The notes: a model not told the origin generated them from the sequence alone. DNA of 64,000 bases from Candidatus Adlerbacteria bacterium (GCA_903851045.1 CAINNF010000015.1:32644-96643), one strand, 5' to 3'; counted from the stretch's first letter, positions 28,225 to 38,843 are shown. Translations and numbers: made by a program.

Positions 28225-29688
28225 TTATATTTTTCCTCCAAGCTTACCCGTGATTACGGAAATTTCTTTATCAAGCGCTTTCATTGCTTTTAAAATCTCC
28301 TTAGGGCTGCGCAGCGTCACTTCCCCGCCTTTGTTGGGGTTCTTGACTGAGAGGTCAAAGGTTTTTGGGTCTATGTCTTTAGCGTCCACGCTCCAGGAAT
28401 TTTCGGAGTCGGCTTTGGTTTTTTGGAGCTTCACGAAGTCGGCGAGGTCGGCTTCGCTCAGTGGATTTGTTTTACCGAGGTTGCGTGGGAGGTTGAGTTG
28501 GTAGAACCACACCTTGCGGGTTGGTTTGCCTTTTTCGAAAAAGAGGACGACTGTTTTGACTCCGGCACCTTGGAAGGTCCCGCTCGGGAGGTCGAGGATG
28601 GTGTGGAGGTTGCAGTTCTCCAGCAAAAGCTTGCGCAGGCTCACCGAGGCGTTGTCGGTGTTAGAGAGGAAGGTGTTTTTGATGACGATGCCAGCGCGGC
28701 CGCCAGCGCGGAGAATTTTGATGAAGTGTTGGAGAAAGAGGAAGGCCGTCTCGCCTGTTTTGATAGGGAAGTTTTGTTGGATCTCGCTGCGGATACCCGC
28801 GCCAAACGGCGGGTTGGCGAGGACGATGTCATAGCGGTCTTTCTCTTGGATGTCGGCGATATTTTGTGCGAGGGTGTTGCCGTGCACGATGTTGGGCGCT
28901 TCGACGCCGTGGAGGATCATGTTCATCGTGCCGATGATGTAGGCGAGCGATTTTATCTCTTTGCCATAAAAAGTCTTCTTTTGGAGCGTCACCCAGTCTT
29001 TTGGTTGCAGCTTCTCGGTGTCCCCTTTCATGTAGACGAACCCTTCGGCCAAGAAGCCCGCCGAGCCGACTGCCCCGTCGTAGACGGTCTCGCCAATTTT
29101 TGGATCAACGACTTTGATGATTGTGCGGATGAGCGAGCGCGGCGTATAAAACTCGCCACCGTTGCGTCCCGCGTTGCCCATGTTCTTTATCTTGTCTTCG
29201 TAGAGGTGCGAGAGCTCATGCTTTTCGGAGTCGGTGCGGAAATGCATCGTATCGACTATGTCGAGGATGTTGCGCAGCGTATAGCCGCTCTGGATCTTAT
29301 TCTTCAACTCGCTAAATATCTCCCCTATTTTATATTCGATAGTGTCAGGACTCTCGGCACTCGCTTTAAATTTCTTGAGGTATGGGAATAGGTCACGATC
29401 GACGAACGTGTTGAGGTCGTCGCCCGAGAGTGCTTTATTGTGGTCGAGTTTGCCCTGTGGCGTCTTGGGTGCTGCCCAGACCTCCCAGCGGTACTGTGGC
29501 GCGATGATTGGTTTGTAGGCTCGGCCGGAGAGCTTCGCCGCTTTCTTCTTTTCTTCCTCCAAGTCGTCGAGGTACTTGAGGAAGAGGATCCACGACGTCT
29601 GCTCGATATAGTCGAGCTCCGTCCCCACCCCCGCGTCGCGGTGGAGTATGTCGTCTATGTTCTTAAACGCCTGCTCAAACATGTTCAA
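28225..29688 (-). CDS. hsdM: Type I R-M N6-adenine DNA methyltransferase subunit
   Basis: NPPFG catalytic motif (VLANPPFGAG), an AdoMet-binding region, and the N-terminal HsdM helical domain. Confidence 0.9.
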   Translation of the reverse strand: MNMFEQAFKNIDDILHRDAGVGTELDYIEQTSWILFLKYLDDLEEEKKKAAKLSGRAYKPIIAPQYRWEVWAAPKTPQGKLDHNKALSGDDLNTFVDRDLFPYLKKFKASAESPDTIEYKIGEIFSELKNKIQSGYTLRNILDIVDTMHFRTDSEKHELSHLYEDKIKNMGNAGRNGGEFYTPRSLIRTIIKVVDPKIGETVYDGAVGSAGFLAEGFVYMKGDTEKLQPKDWVTLQKKTFYGKEIKSLAYIIGTMNMILHGVEAPNIVHGNTLAQNIADIQEKDRYDIVLANPPFGAGIRSEIQQNFPIKTGETAFLFLQHFIKILRAGGRAGIVIKNTFLSNTDNASVSLRKLLLENCNLHTILDLPSGTFQGAGVKTVVLFFEKGKPTRKVWFYQLNLPRNLGKTNPLSEADLADFVKLQKTKADSENSWSVDAKDIDPKTFDLSVKNPNKGGEVTLRSPKEILKAMKALDKEISVITGKLGGKI

Positions 29689-29713
29689 AGAGTACCACCC
29701 CTACCAATTTTCG

Positions 29714-30088
29714 CTATTCCCCCGCCAGTTCGGTGTACTTTTTGTGGTTGCCTTTGGATTTTTCTACCGGGTATTTTGCTTCGTTCTTTTGGAGTTTGTC
29801 GAGGAAGGCTTGGGAGACGTCGATGTGGAGGTCGTTGGCCATCAGGAGCACCCAGTAGAGGACGTCCGCTAACTCTTCGGCGATGTCTTTGGAGTTGGAG
29901 ATGACGTACTGCTCGATCTCCTGTGGGCTCTTCCACTGGAAGTGTTCGAGCACTTCGGCGGCCTCCAGCGTCAGCGAGATGGCGAGGTCTTTGGGGTTGT
30001 GAAACTGCTTCCAGTCTCGCGCGTCGCGAAACTCACGCACCTTCTTCGTAAGGTCTTTGATGTTCGACATATGCACATACTCTACCAA
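29714..30088 (-). CDS. MazG-like nucleotide pyrophosphohydrolase
   Basis: EAAEVLE...ELADVLYWVLLMA EExxE/D helices typical of the MazG/NTP-PPase all-alpha fold. 25 nt upstream of hsdM. Confidence 0.65.
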   Translation of the reverse strand: MVEYVHMSNIKDLTKKVREFRDARDWKQFHNPKDLAISLTLEAAEVLEHFQWKSPQEIEQYVISNSKDIAEELADVLYWVLLMANDLHIDVSQAFLDKLQKNEAKYPVEKSKGNHKKYTELAGE

Positions 30089-30191
30089 ATGTACCGACTT
30101 TGACTATGACGGCGTGCGTTGACACGATTCCATCATTTCTTGTATGAATAGTGCAGTGTTCTTTACGCAAACATCCGACAGGAGAGACCGC

Positions 30192-30542
30192 ATGGTCAAG
30201 GAAAGAGACGAACGGAGGATCATCCCGTTCCCCACTAGGCCGCCCGGCCCAAGCGAGCCCGTGCACTACGTGGGTATAGCAGTGATCGACTTCGCACAGC
30301 GAAAGGCTGGCGACGAGTTCTACCTATCGACCGCGCGCGGGTTTGGGTACCGGCTCACCATCACAAACACGCGAGCATACACCGCCACGCTCGTCGCCTG
30401 TACGCACAAAGGTCCGTTCGTCGAACGTGAGATCACCGTGAGGGACGGCAAGATCCACACTGGCCGCAAACTCGCATACGTGTTCGGCGGCGCGCTCGAG
30501 CACACGGCGGACGACATTACATTCATCTATCTTCTGCTGTGA
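30192..30542 (+). CDS. Hypothetical protein (116 aa)
   Basis: Internal ATG with ACAGGAGAG SD. A terminator follows. Confidence 0.45.
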   Translation: MVKERDERRIIPFPTRPPGPSEPVHYVGIAVIDFAQRKAGDEFYLSTARGFGYRLTITNTRAYTATLVACTHKGPFVEREITVRDGKIHTGRKLAYVFGGALEHTADDITFIYLLL

Positions 30543-30552
30543 CGCAGCACAA

Positions 30553-30586
30553 TAAAGACCCGGTCCAACGTCGGACCGGGTCTTAT
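30553..30586. terminator. Bidirectional rho-independent terminator
   Basis: GACCCGGTCC-aacgt-CGGACCGGGTC flanked by A/T runs. Confidence 0.65.
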
Positions 30587-30596
30587 GCAATGTGGT

Positions 30597-30812
30597 CTAT
30601 GGCAAACGTTGCGGCCGCACGGACGATGGTTCTCCGCGATCAGCCGGGTGTTGCAGGGCCGACTCGATCGACACGTACACATGATGCACGTAGTTCTGGA
30701 GCGCGTACCCCCAGACACCGCACACCGTAAGCGCAATGACCACGAACAGGCCGATGCCGAGCGGCCACGAGTCTTCAGGCACCGGTCTGAACTGGAACTT
30801 ATCTTCTGTCAT
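30597..30812 (-). CDS. Hypothetical small membrane protein (71 aa)
   Basis: Internal ATG with AAGGGG SD. One TM helix. Confidence 0.35.
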   Translation of the reverse strand: MTEDKFQFRPVPEDSWPLGIGLFVVIALTVCGVWGYALQNYVHHVYVSIESALQHPADRGEPSSVRPQRLP

Positions 30813-30950
30813 CACAGACCCCTTTTGTGAACATGTAGCCTTGTGCATTAAACACGAAATTGTACAAAACGCAACACTCCCGATCACGCACAAAAACACC
30901 CCAAATCGGGGTGTTTTTGTAAACATACAAGATGGCCTGTATATTTTTGC

Positions 30951-32609
<1,659 letters not shown>

Positions 32610-33020
32610 TTATTGAATAATCGCGAGGATGCTCGACTCGGGGAGGATAAGATATTCGACACCAGAGACCTTAATCTCGTCGAAGCCGTACTTGGAGAAC
32701 ATGACGCGGTCGCCGACCTGCACATTGAGCGCGATAAGCTCGCCCGTGTCGCTGCGCTTACCGGGGCCGACGGCGACGACAGTGCCCTGCTCCGGCTTCT
32801 CCTTCGAAGATTCAGGGATCACGATACCGAACAGGGTGACGGTCGCGAGATCCTCGGCCGAGAGCGCCTTCACGAGCACACGGTCACCAAGCGGGGTGAC
32901 GCCGACCGAATTCTTTGGTACCTGCACCGCGGCCTTTGGCGTGCTCACGTGAACCGTCTTACTTGGAGCCTTCTTGACTGGCTTCGAAACCTTCTTCACA
33001 CTCTTGGTCTTTTTCTTCAT
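32610..33020 (-). CDS. groES: Co-chaperonin GroES with a roughly 40-aa Lys-rich N-terminal extension
   Basis: The GroES core (VTPLGDRVLVKA...GTVVAVGPG...) is preceded by MKKKTKSVKKVSKPVKKAPSK.... Confidence 0.85.
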   Translation of the reverse strand: MKKKTKSVKKVSKPVKKAPSKTVHVSTPKAAVQVPKNSVGVTPLGDRVLVKALSAEDLATVTLFGIVIPESSKEKPEQGTVVAVGPGKRSDTGELIALNVQVGDRVMFSKYGFDEIKVSGVEYLILPESSILAIIQ

Positions 33021-33156
33021 AGCAAAATCGCGTTTATGACTTAGTAATTAATGGGTAATGTGAAGCGCCCAGATCGCACTGGTTTGTCGTGACAATAATA
33101 GACAACCCTCGCGAATAGTCAACGTCCGACCGCGTATCTATCCTGCCCAAGGAGGA

Positions 33157-33185
33157 TTGCACCCTTTTTGGGATTGTGGTAGATT
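33157..33185 (+). promoter_or_regulatory. Candidate promoter TTGCAC-N17-TAGATT for secG (possibly leaderless)
   Basis: The hexamers end about 7 nt before the secG ATG. No SD between them. Confidence 0.3.
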
Positions 33186-33192
33186 GGCAGTA

Positions 33193-33423
33193 ATGAACTT
33201 GCACGGCATATTGCCGTATATTCAGATAGTCCTCTCTGCCGCACTCATTGGGTGCGTCCTTTTGCAGCAGACTGGCGCATCGCTGGGTGGCGCATTCGGT
33301 GGGGACAACTTTAGCGCGGCATACCACACCCGTCGCGGCAGTGAGAAGTATCTGTTCTACGCCACGATCATCGTCGGCGTCCTGTTCGCGACTTCGTCGT
33401 TCGTATCGTTCATCGTGCACTAG
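33193..33423 (+). CDS. secG: Preprotein translocase subunit SecG
   Basis: Two TM helices flank a Gly-rich loop (LLQQTGASLGGAFGGDNFS), as in SecG. Confidence 0.7.
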   Translation: MNLHGILPYIQIVLSAALIGCVLLQQTGASLGGAFGGDNFSAAYHTRRGSEKYLFYATIIVGVLFATSSFVSFIVH

Positions 33424-33453
33424 GCTCTCACCACCAACTAACAACCGCTCCTT

Positions 33454-35205
33454 ATGCGCACACAGAGCTCGGCTTCATCTGCCTACTCCTCGCTTGTCAG
33501 CACCACGCAGGACACTATCCGCTCGTTCTCACCAGGCGGCAGGGTTTTGTTCTATTTCTTTTCACTGCTCCTGGTCGTGAGTTCGACCGCTTTGCTGTAT
33601 CTGTTGAACGCGAGACTGCTCGTCGAGATGCCGACCCGCGGCGGTTCGTTCACCGAAGGTGTGATCGGCGCGCCACGATTCATCAACCCGGTACTCGCCG
33701 TATCGGACGCCGACCGTGACCTCACCACGCTCGTCTATTCGGGACTTCTCAAGGCGTCTCCGCAGGGTGGGTACATTCCCGACCTCGCCTCGTCCTACAC
33801 CATCTCACCTGACGGGAAGACCTATACGTTCACCTTGCGCCCGAACGCGAAGTTCGAAGACGGCACGCTGGTCACTGCGGACGATGTCGTGTACACGATC
33901 CAGGAGACACAAGACCCGGTCCTCAAGAGTCCTGAGCAGGCGAACTGGAGCGGCATCGTCGTGCAGAAGGTCGACGAACACACCATCTCCTTCTCGCTCA
34001 AGCAGGCGTACGCACCGTTCATCGAAAATCTCACCATGGGCATACTGCCGAAGCATCTCTGGCAGAACGTGAGCGACGATGAGTTCCCCTATAGCGACCT
34101 GAACACCGAACCAGTCGGCTCCGGGCCCTTCAAGGTCGACTCACTGTCGCGCACATCCTCCGGTGTACCTTCGTCGTACAAACTGGTTGGCTCACACTAC
34201 TACGCGCTCCAGCGACCGTACCTTTCGGACATCACCTTCCACTTCTACCAGAACGAGGACGACCTTATCGACGGTCTGAAGAAGGGTGAGGTGTCCGCTG
34301 CGAGCGGCATATCTCCCTCTCGCCTCTCCGAAGTGTCTGGACATATGATCGACCGCGCGCCGCTCAACCGGGTCTTCGGCGTCTTCTTCAACCAAAATCA
34401 GTCGGCCGTACTGCGCGACAGTGCGGTGCGCAACGCGCTGAACGAAGCTATCAACCGCGACGAGCTCGTACAACAAGTGTTGGGCGGCTACGGCGCCCCG
34501 CTTGCAGGCCCGCTCCCGCCGAGCGTCTTGCCGTCGAATTTCATTACTACGACGAGCTCCGCGAACACCGCCGACCTGGTCGCACGAGCGAAGAGCGATC
34601 TGCTTGCCGCTGGCTGGCAGCCCGGCCCTGGCGGCATACTCCAAAAGACCACCGGCTCGGGTAAAAGTGTGACCACGCAACCGCTCACGTTTAGCATCTC
34701 GACCGGCAACGTGCCAGAGCTCCGCGCCGCCGCCGAGTACCTGCGAAAGACCTGGGGAGAGGTCGGCGCGCAAGTGAGCGTGCAAGTGTACGACCAGGGC
34801 GACCTCGCTCAGAACGTCATCCGTCCGCGCAAATATGACGCACTCCTCTTCGGCGAGGTCATCGGCCGCGAACCGGACCTCTTCGCCTTTTGGAGCTCCA
34901 GCGAGCGACTCGACCCGGGACTCAATATCGCCATGTACGCGAACGCGAGCATAGACAAATTGCTCTCCCAGTTGCGTGCTACGACGGACGAAACCCAAAA
35001 GAGCGCGCTCTATCAACAGTTTACGACCGCGGTGCTAAAGGACGACCCTGCCGTATTTCTCTATGCGCCGGATTTCGTGTATATTGTCCCTAAAGACATT
35101 GCGGGGCTCGACCTCGGATTCATTGAGACGCCAAGTGACCGTTTTTTGAGCGTCACGAACTGGCATCGGGAGACAGACAAAGTCTGGCCTCTGTTCGCGA
35201 GATAA
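33454..35205 (+). CDS. ABC transporter substrate-binding protein, family 5 (oligopeptide/dipeptide/nickel type)
   Basis: N-terminal TM anchor. SBP_bac_5-like motifs (SPDGKTYTFTLRPNAKFEDGTLVTADDVVYT). Confidence 0.8.
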   Translation: MRTQSSASSAYSSLVSTTQDTIRSFSPGGRVLFYFFSLLLVVSSTALLYLLNARLLVEMPTRGGSFTEGVIGAPRFINPVLAVSDADRDLTTLVYSGLLKASPQGGYIPDLASSYTISPDGKTYTFTLRPNAKFEDGTLVTADDVVYTIQETQDPVLKSPEQANWSGIVVQKVDEHTISFSLKQAYAPFIENLTMGILPKHLWQNVSDDEFPYSDLNTEPVGSGPFKVDSLSRTSSGVPSSYKLVGSHYYALQRPYLSDITFHFYQNEDDLIDGLKKGEVSAASGISPSRLSEVSGHMIDRAPLNRVFGVFFNQNQSAVLRDSAVRNALNEAINRDELVQQVLGGYGAPLAGPLPPSVLPSNFITTTSSANTADLVARAKSDLLAAGWQPGPGGILQKTTGSGKSVTTQPLTFSISTGNVPELRAAAEYLRKTWGEVGAQVSVQVYDQGDLAQNVIRPRKYDALLFGEVIGREPDLFAFWSSSERLDPGLNIAMYANASIDKLLSQLRATTDETQKSALYQQFTTAVLKDDPAVFLYAPDFVYIVPKDIAGLDLGFIETPSDRFLSVTNWHRETDKVWPLFAR

Positions 35206-35239
35206 CATGATCAAAAAAATTATTTAAGTAATTAATCGT

Positions 35240-37141
35240 ATGGAAGAACAAAACAAAAGACCGCAAGGAGGTCGCAGACCACAAGGTGCGCGGACCGGTG
35301 CCCCACGAAAGTTCGGTAAAGGTCGCCCGCTCAACCGCCGCGGCGGCCGCAACAACGGCCCACGCCCGCACCAGGCTCCCCCGCCTCGCCCAGCACTCGG
35401 AGGGACACGTGAGTTGAGCGACCAAGGTACCAATAGTCCGAACGAGGACAAGCCTATCCCGCCGTTGGAGATGGGTAACGTCCGCATCATCCCACTGGGT
35501 GGCGTCGAAGAGATCGGCCGCAATATGACCGCGGTCGAGTTCGGCGATGATATCGTCATCATCGACTGCGGATTCCAATTCAAAGAGGACGACACTCCCG
35601 GTATCGACTATATTTTGCCGAACACGAAGTATCTGGAGGACCGTGCCGGTAAGATCCGCGGCATGTTCATCACGCACGGCCACCTCGACCACATCGGCGG
35701 TATCCCGTACATCATCGACCGCATCGGCTACCCGCCGATCTTCACCCGCCGACTCACGAGCGTCATGATCCGCAAGCGACAGGAGGAGTTCCCCAATCTC
35801 CGACCCCTCGATATTCACGAGGTCGAGAGCACCGACTCTATCAAGGTTGGCAACCTGCGCGTACGCTTCTTCGCGGTGACGCACACGATCCCCGACTCCA
35901 TGGGAGTCGTCGTCGAGACGCCCTACGGCCACATGGTCTTTACCGGTGACCTCAAGCTCGACCATGTCGACGGTGTCCCGACCGAAGCGGAAGAAAAGGA
36001 GTTCAGCTTCTTCGATGACAAGAAGGTGCTCTTCCTCGCCGCGGACTCGACCAACGTCGAGCGTCCGGGATTCTCGCTGCCAGAAAGTGTCGTGCAAAAG
36101 AACATGGACGATATCATTCGCGACACGAACGGTCGCCTCATCATCGGCACCTTCTCCTCGCAACTCGAGCGTATCATGCGCATCGTCGAGTCAGCGGAGC
36201 GCTATGGCAAGAAGATCCTCGTCGAAGGTCGCAGCATGAAGGTCAACATCGAGATCGTGAAGCAGCTCGGCATGCTCAAGGTCTCGGAGAAGACGTTTAT
36301 CGGTCCAGAACAGTTAGAGTCGATACCTGACAGCAAGGTGATCGTGCTCGCCACTGGCGCCCAAGGCGACGAGTTCGCTGCCCTCATGCGCGTGGCTATC
36401 AAGACGCACAAGTACGTGAAGATCAAAAAAGGTGACACGGTCGTCCTGTCCTCGTCGGTCGTCCCTGGCAACGAGCGCTCGGTGCAGAAGCTCAAGGACA
36501 ACCTCTCTCGACAGGGCGCGCGCATCATCCACCGCGACACGATGGACGTCCACGCCTCCGGTCACGCTAACCGCGACGAGACCTTCTGGATCCACTCCAA
36601 GATCAATCCGCGATTCTTCATGCCGCTGCACGGCTACCACTACATGCTGCGCGTCCACGCCGACATCGCCAAGGCTTGCGGCCGCGCCGAGAGTGACATC
36701 ATCGTGCCCGACAACGGCGCGATACTGGAGATCCGCGACGAAGGTACCGTCTTCACGCGACTGAAAGAGACCGCGCCGAACAGTCTGCGCCTCGTCGACG
36801 GCTTTTCTATCGGCGACATCCAAGAGGTGGTCATTCGCGACCGCAACGTCCTCGCCCAAGAAGGTATGTTCGTCATCATCGCCACCGTCAACCCAAAGAC
36901 CGGGAAGCTCCGCAAGTCGCCCGACATCATCTCGCGCGGCTTCGTGTACCTGCGCGAGAACCAAGACCTCCTCTCGCAAACGCGCCTCATCATCAAGAAA
37001 ACGATCGAGGACACAACCCACAACATGCAGCCGGTCAACTTCGACTACGTCAAAAACAACGTCACCGACGCCGTCGCCCGCTTCCTCTTCGAGAAGACCA
37101 ACAAGCGCCCGATCGTGATCCCAGTTGTCTTGGGAGTATAA
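35240..37141 (+). CDS. rnj: Ribonuclease J (metallo-beta-lactamase / beta-CASP) with an Arg/Pro/Gly-rich N-terminal extension
   Basis: ITHGHLDHIGG motif plus the beta-CASP and C-terminal domains. The first roughly 65 aa are low-complexity R/P/G-rich. Confidence 0.85.
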   Translation: MEEQNKRPQGGRRPQGARTGAPRKFGKGRPLNRRGGRNNGPRPHQAPPPRPALGGTRELSDQGTNSPNEDKPIPPLEMGNVRIIPLGGVEEIGRNMTAVEFGDDIVIIDCGFQFKEDDTPGIDYILPNTKYLEDRAGKIRGMFITHGHLDHIGGIPYIIDRIGYPPIFTRRLTSVMIRKRQEEFPNLRPLDIHEVESTDSIKVGNLRVRFFAVTHTIPDSMGVVVETPYGHMVFTGDLKLDHVDGVPTEAEEKEFSFFDDKKVLFLAADSTNVERPGFSLPESVVQKNMDDIIRDTNGRLIIGTFSSQLERIMRIVESAERYGKKILVEGRSMKVNIEIVKQLGMLKVSEKTFIGPEQLESIPDSKVIVLATGAQGDEFAALMRVAIKTHKYVKIKKGDTVVLSSSVVPGNERSVQKLKDNLSRQGARIIHRDTMDVHASGHANRDETFWIHSKINPRFFMPLHGYHYMLRVHADIAKACGRAESDIIVPDNGAILEIRDEGTVFTRLKETAPNSLRLVDGFSIGDIQEVVIRDRNVLAQEGMFVIIATVNPKTGKLRKSPDIISRGFVYLRENQDLLSQTRLIIKKTIEDTTHNMQPVNFDYVKNNVTDAVARFLFEKTNKRPIVIPVVLGV

Positions 37142-37189
37142 AGTTGGTATAGTGCGCACGGCTTCGTAACAGATAGAAGGGAGCGTCGC

Positions 37190-37396
37190 GTGTCTAACCC
37201 ACAAAAAGATCATTACTTCGGTCTCGAGAGTGTCGGCGGCTTTGGGGTTGCTAATGTTCTTTCTGAAAAACTCAAAGAATGGCGGCGCGATAATCCGACA
37301 CTTCGAATCGTTGCTTGTAGCCACAGCGTACAGCCTCGGCAACAAGGAGGGGTCCGAGTAGTTGTGTGGATTATCACCGAGGAACAACGTGAGTAG
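37190..37396 (+). CDS. Hypothetical small protein (68 aa)
   Basis: GTG start with AAGGGA SD. A terminator follows. Confidence 0.4.
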   Translation: MSNPQKDHYFGLESVGGFGVANVLSEKLKEWRRDNPTLRIVACSHSVQPRQQGGVRVVVWIITEEQRE

Positions 37397-37434
37397 GCGT
37401 CCGGGCGATACAATCTGCAAAATCGAGTATATTC

Positions 37435-37476
37435 CCCCACCACCGACACGAGCGTCGGTGGTGGGGCTATTTTTTC
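37435..37476 (+). terminator. Rho-independent terminator
   Basis: CCCCCACCACCGAC-loop-GTCGGTGGTGGGG-TATTTTTT. Confidence 0.65.
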
Positions 37477-37493
37477 GAACACCTGCATCTAGC

Positions 37494-37522
37494 TTGATTT
37501 TGGTAAAGAACAGCGATAGCAT
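37494..37522 (+). promoter_or_regulatory. Candidate promoter TTGATT-N17-TAGCAT
   Basis: Consensus-like hexamers about 30 nt upstream of the ATG of gene 37551. Confidence 0.3.
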
Positions 37523-37550
37523 GTGTTTCGTGTCATAAAAGGATGGACAG

Positions 37551-37880
37551 ATGTCTCACAAAGCCCAGATGGTCTTTGATGATGAATCGTTTAGGATACT
37601 TCAAGAACTCAGGGAGATGTTGGAGGCCGATTCGTGGGGCGAGATCGTCCGCAGGGCCTTATTGGCCGAGGAGCAGCATGGTCGACTCTCCCCTCCTTTT
37701 GCCGATACTGCACGAAAATATAGGCGCATACAAGTGGTTCTACCCGATCGTTCGAAGAGCCGACTTGAGCGCTTGGCGACCACAGATATCTCACACGCAG
37801 GTGTAATCCGTAAAGCTCTGCGCACACTTGAGTGGTGCCTCAAAAGCCATGCTGAGGATATATCCAAACATCGTCTGTAG
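37551..37880 (+). CDS. Hypothetical protein, possibly ribbon-helix-helix-like DNA binding (109 aa)
   Basis: AAAGGATGG SD. The C-terminal RIQVVLPDRSKSRLERLA stretch resembles an RHH beta-strand/helix. Confidence 0.45.
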   Translation: MSHKAQMVFDDESFRILQELREMLEADSWGEIVRRALLAEEQHGRLSPPFADTARKYRRIQVVLPDRSKSRLERLATTDISHAGVIRKALRTLEWCLKSHAEDISKHRL

Positions 37881-37943
37881 GATCACACACCCGAAGCAGG
37901 AGAAACCAAACCCCTCATCGACACACGTGTTGGTAATGGGGTT

Positions 37944-38768
37944 TTACTTTTTTATTACGAACCCACTTCCCTTTTTCTCAATCAATTTTTCTTTTTGTAA
38001 TTTACTCAACTCATTTTTTATTTCATCCAATGTGCGGGCAGTGAGTTTTTGGAGTTCGTCAATTGTCTTTGGAGACTTCAGGAGCTCACGCAATATGGCG
38101 CCGCGCAGCTGGCGCGCGGAGCCTTCGAACTTCGACTGCTTGGTGTAGTGCTTGCTCTTGTTGTTGACGCGCACACCGCTCTTCTTAAGGAACGACCCGT
38201 AGTCCATCAGCGCCGCATAGAAATTTCTCGGCTGCATCTTCGACTCCCGAAGCGCTCGAGCCACCAGTGGCATGATCTCTGCATCGGTAATACGTGTCTC
38301 TTTCTTTATTCTAGTATTTTGCAAAAAACTAGAATATATGAAGATGGTACGGATGTTGGTTTCGATAAAGACGACCGGCTCGTTGTGGGCGAAGGCGGCT
38401 ATCGCACGCGCAGTGTACGGACCCACGCCGGGCAACTTTTGGAGTTCGTTCACTTCCTTAGGAAATTTTCCATCGTGGTTCGCGACGACCACCTTCGCTG
38501 CTTCGTGCAAGAATTTCGCACGGCGATTGTAGCCAAGGCCGCTCCAGTGTGTGAGCACATCCCTCAGCGACGCCTGTGCAAGTGAGTGCACCGTCGGGAA
38601 CGCTTTGAGAAACTCTGCATACTTGGGCAGCACCCGATCCACCTGCGTTTGTTGCAACATCACTTCGGACACTAAAATTTTGTACACATCGCGAGTCTTC
38701 CGCCACGGCAAATGACTCCGACCGTGCACCGCATAATATTTTGAAATAGTCGTAGTCAGTTCCGGCAT
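37944..38768 (-). CDS. HhH-GPD family DNA glycosylase (MutY/Nth-like core) lacking the Fe-S cysteine cluster
   Basis: Helix-hairpin-helix LPGVGPYTARAI followed by a conserved Asp. No C-X6-C-X2-C-X5-C cluster. The C-terminal portion is Lys-rich and helical. Confidence 0.6.
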   Translation of the reverse strand: MPELTTTISKYYAVHGRSHLPWRKTRDVYKILVSEVMLQQTQVDRVLPKYAEFLKAFPTVHSLAQASLRDVLTHWSGLGYNRRAKFLHEAAKVVVANHDGKFPKEVNELQKLPGVGPYTARAIAAFAHNEPVVFIETNIRTIFIYSSFLQNTRIKKETRITDAEIMPLVARALRESKMQPRNFYAALMDYGSFLKKSGVRVNNKSKHYTKQSKFEGSARQLRGAILRELLKSPKTIDELQKLTARTLDEIKNELSKLQKEKLIEKKGSGFVIKK

Positions 38769-38843
38769 GGCCTTTGGTATGGTATCAAAAAATCCCCCGG
38801 GTGGGGGATTTTTTGATTCTCTTGGGGAGAGATGTAGGGGAGA

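Noticed and set aside
28423-29391. 322-aa plus-strand ORF antisense to hsdM
   Set aside because: hsdM motifs (NPPFG etc.) are unambiguous on the minus strand. The antisense ORF is Glu/Asp/Val-rich, which is the mirror codon bias.
33021-33156. CIRCE/HAIR heat-shock operator upstream of groES
   Set aside because: No TTAGCACTC-N9-GAGTGCTAA or CTTGAGT-N7-ACTCAAG inverted repeat is present in the groES upstream region.
34192-37522. Long minus-strand ORFs (34192-35016, 35153-36163, 36314-37522) antisense to the substrate-binding protein and RNase J genes
   Set aside because: Antisense to genes with strong family signatures. Arg/Asp-rich low-complexity translations.
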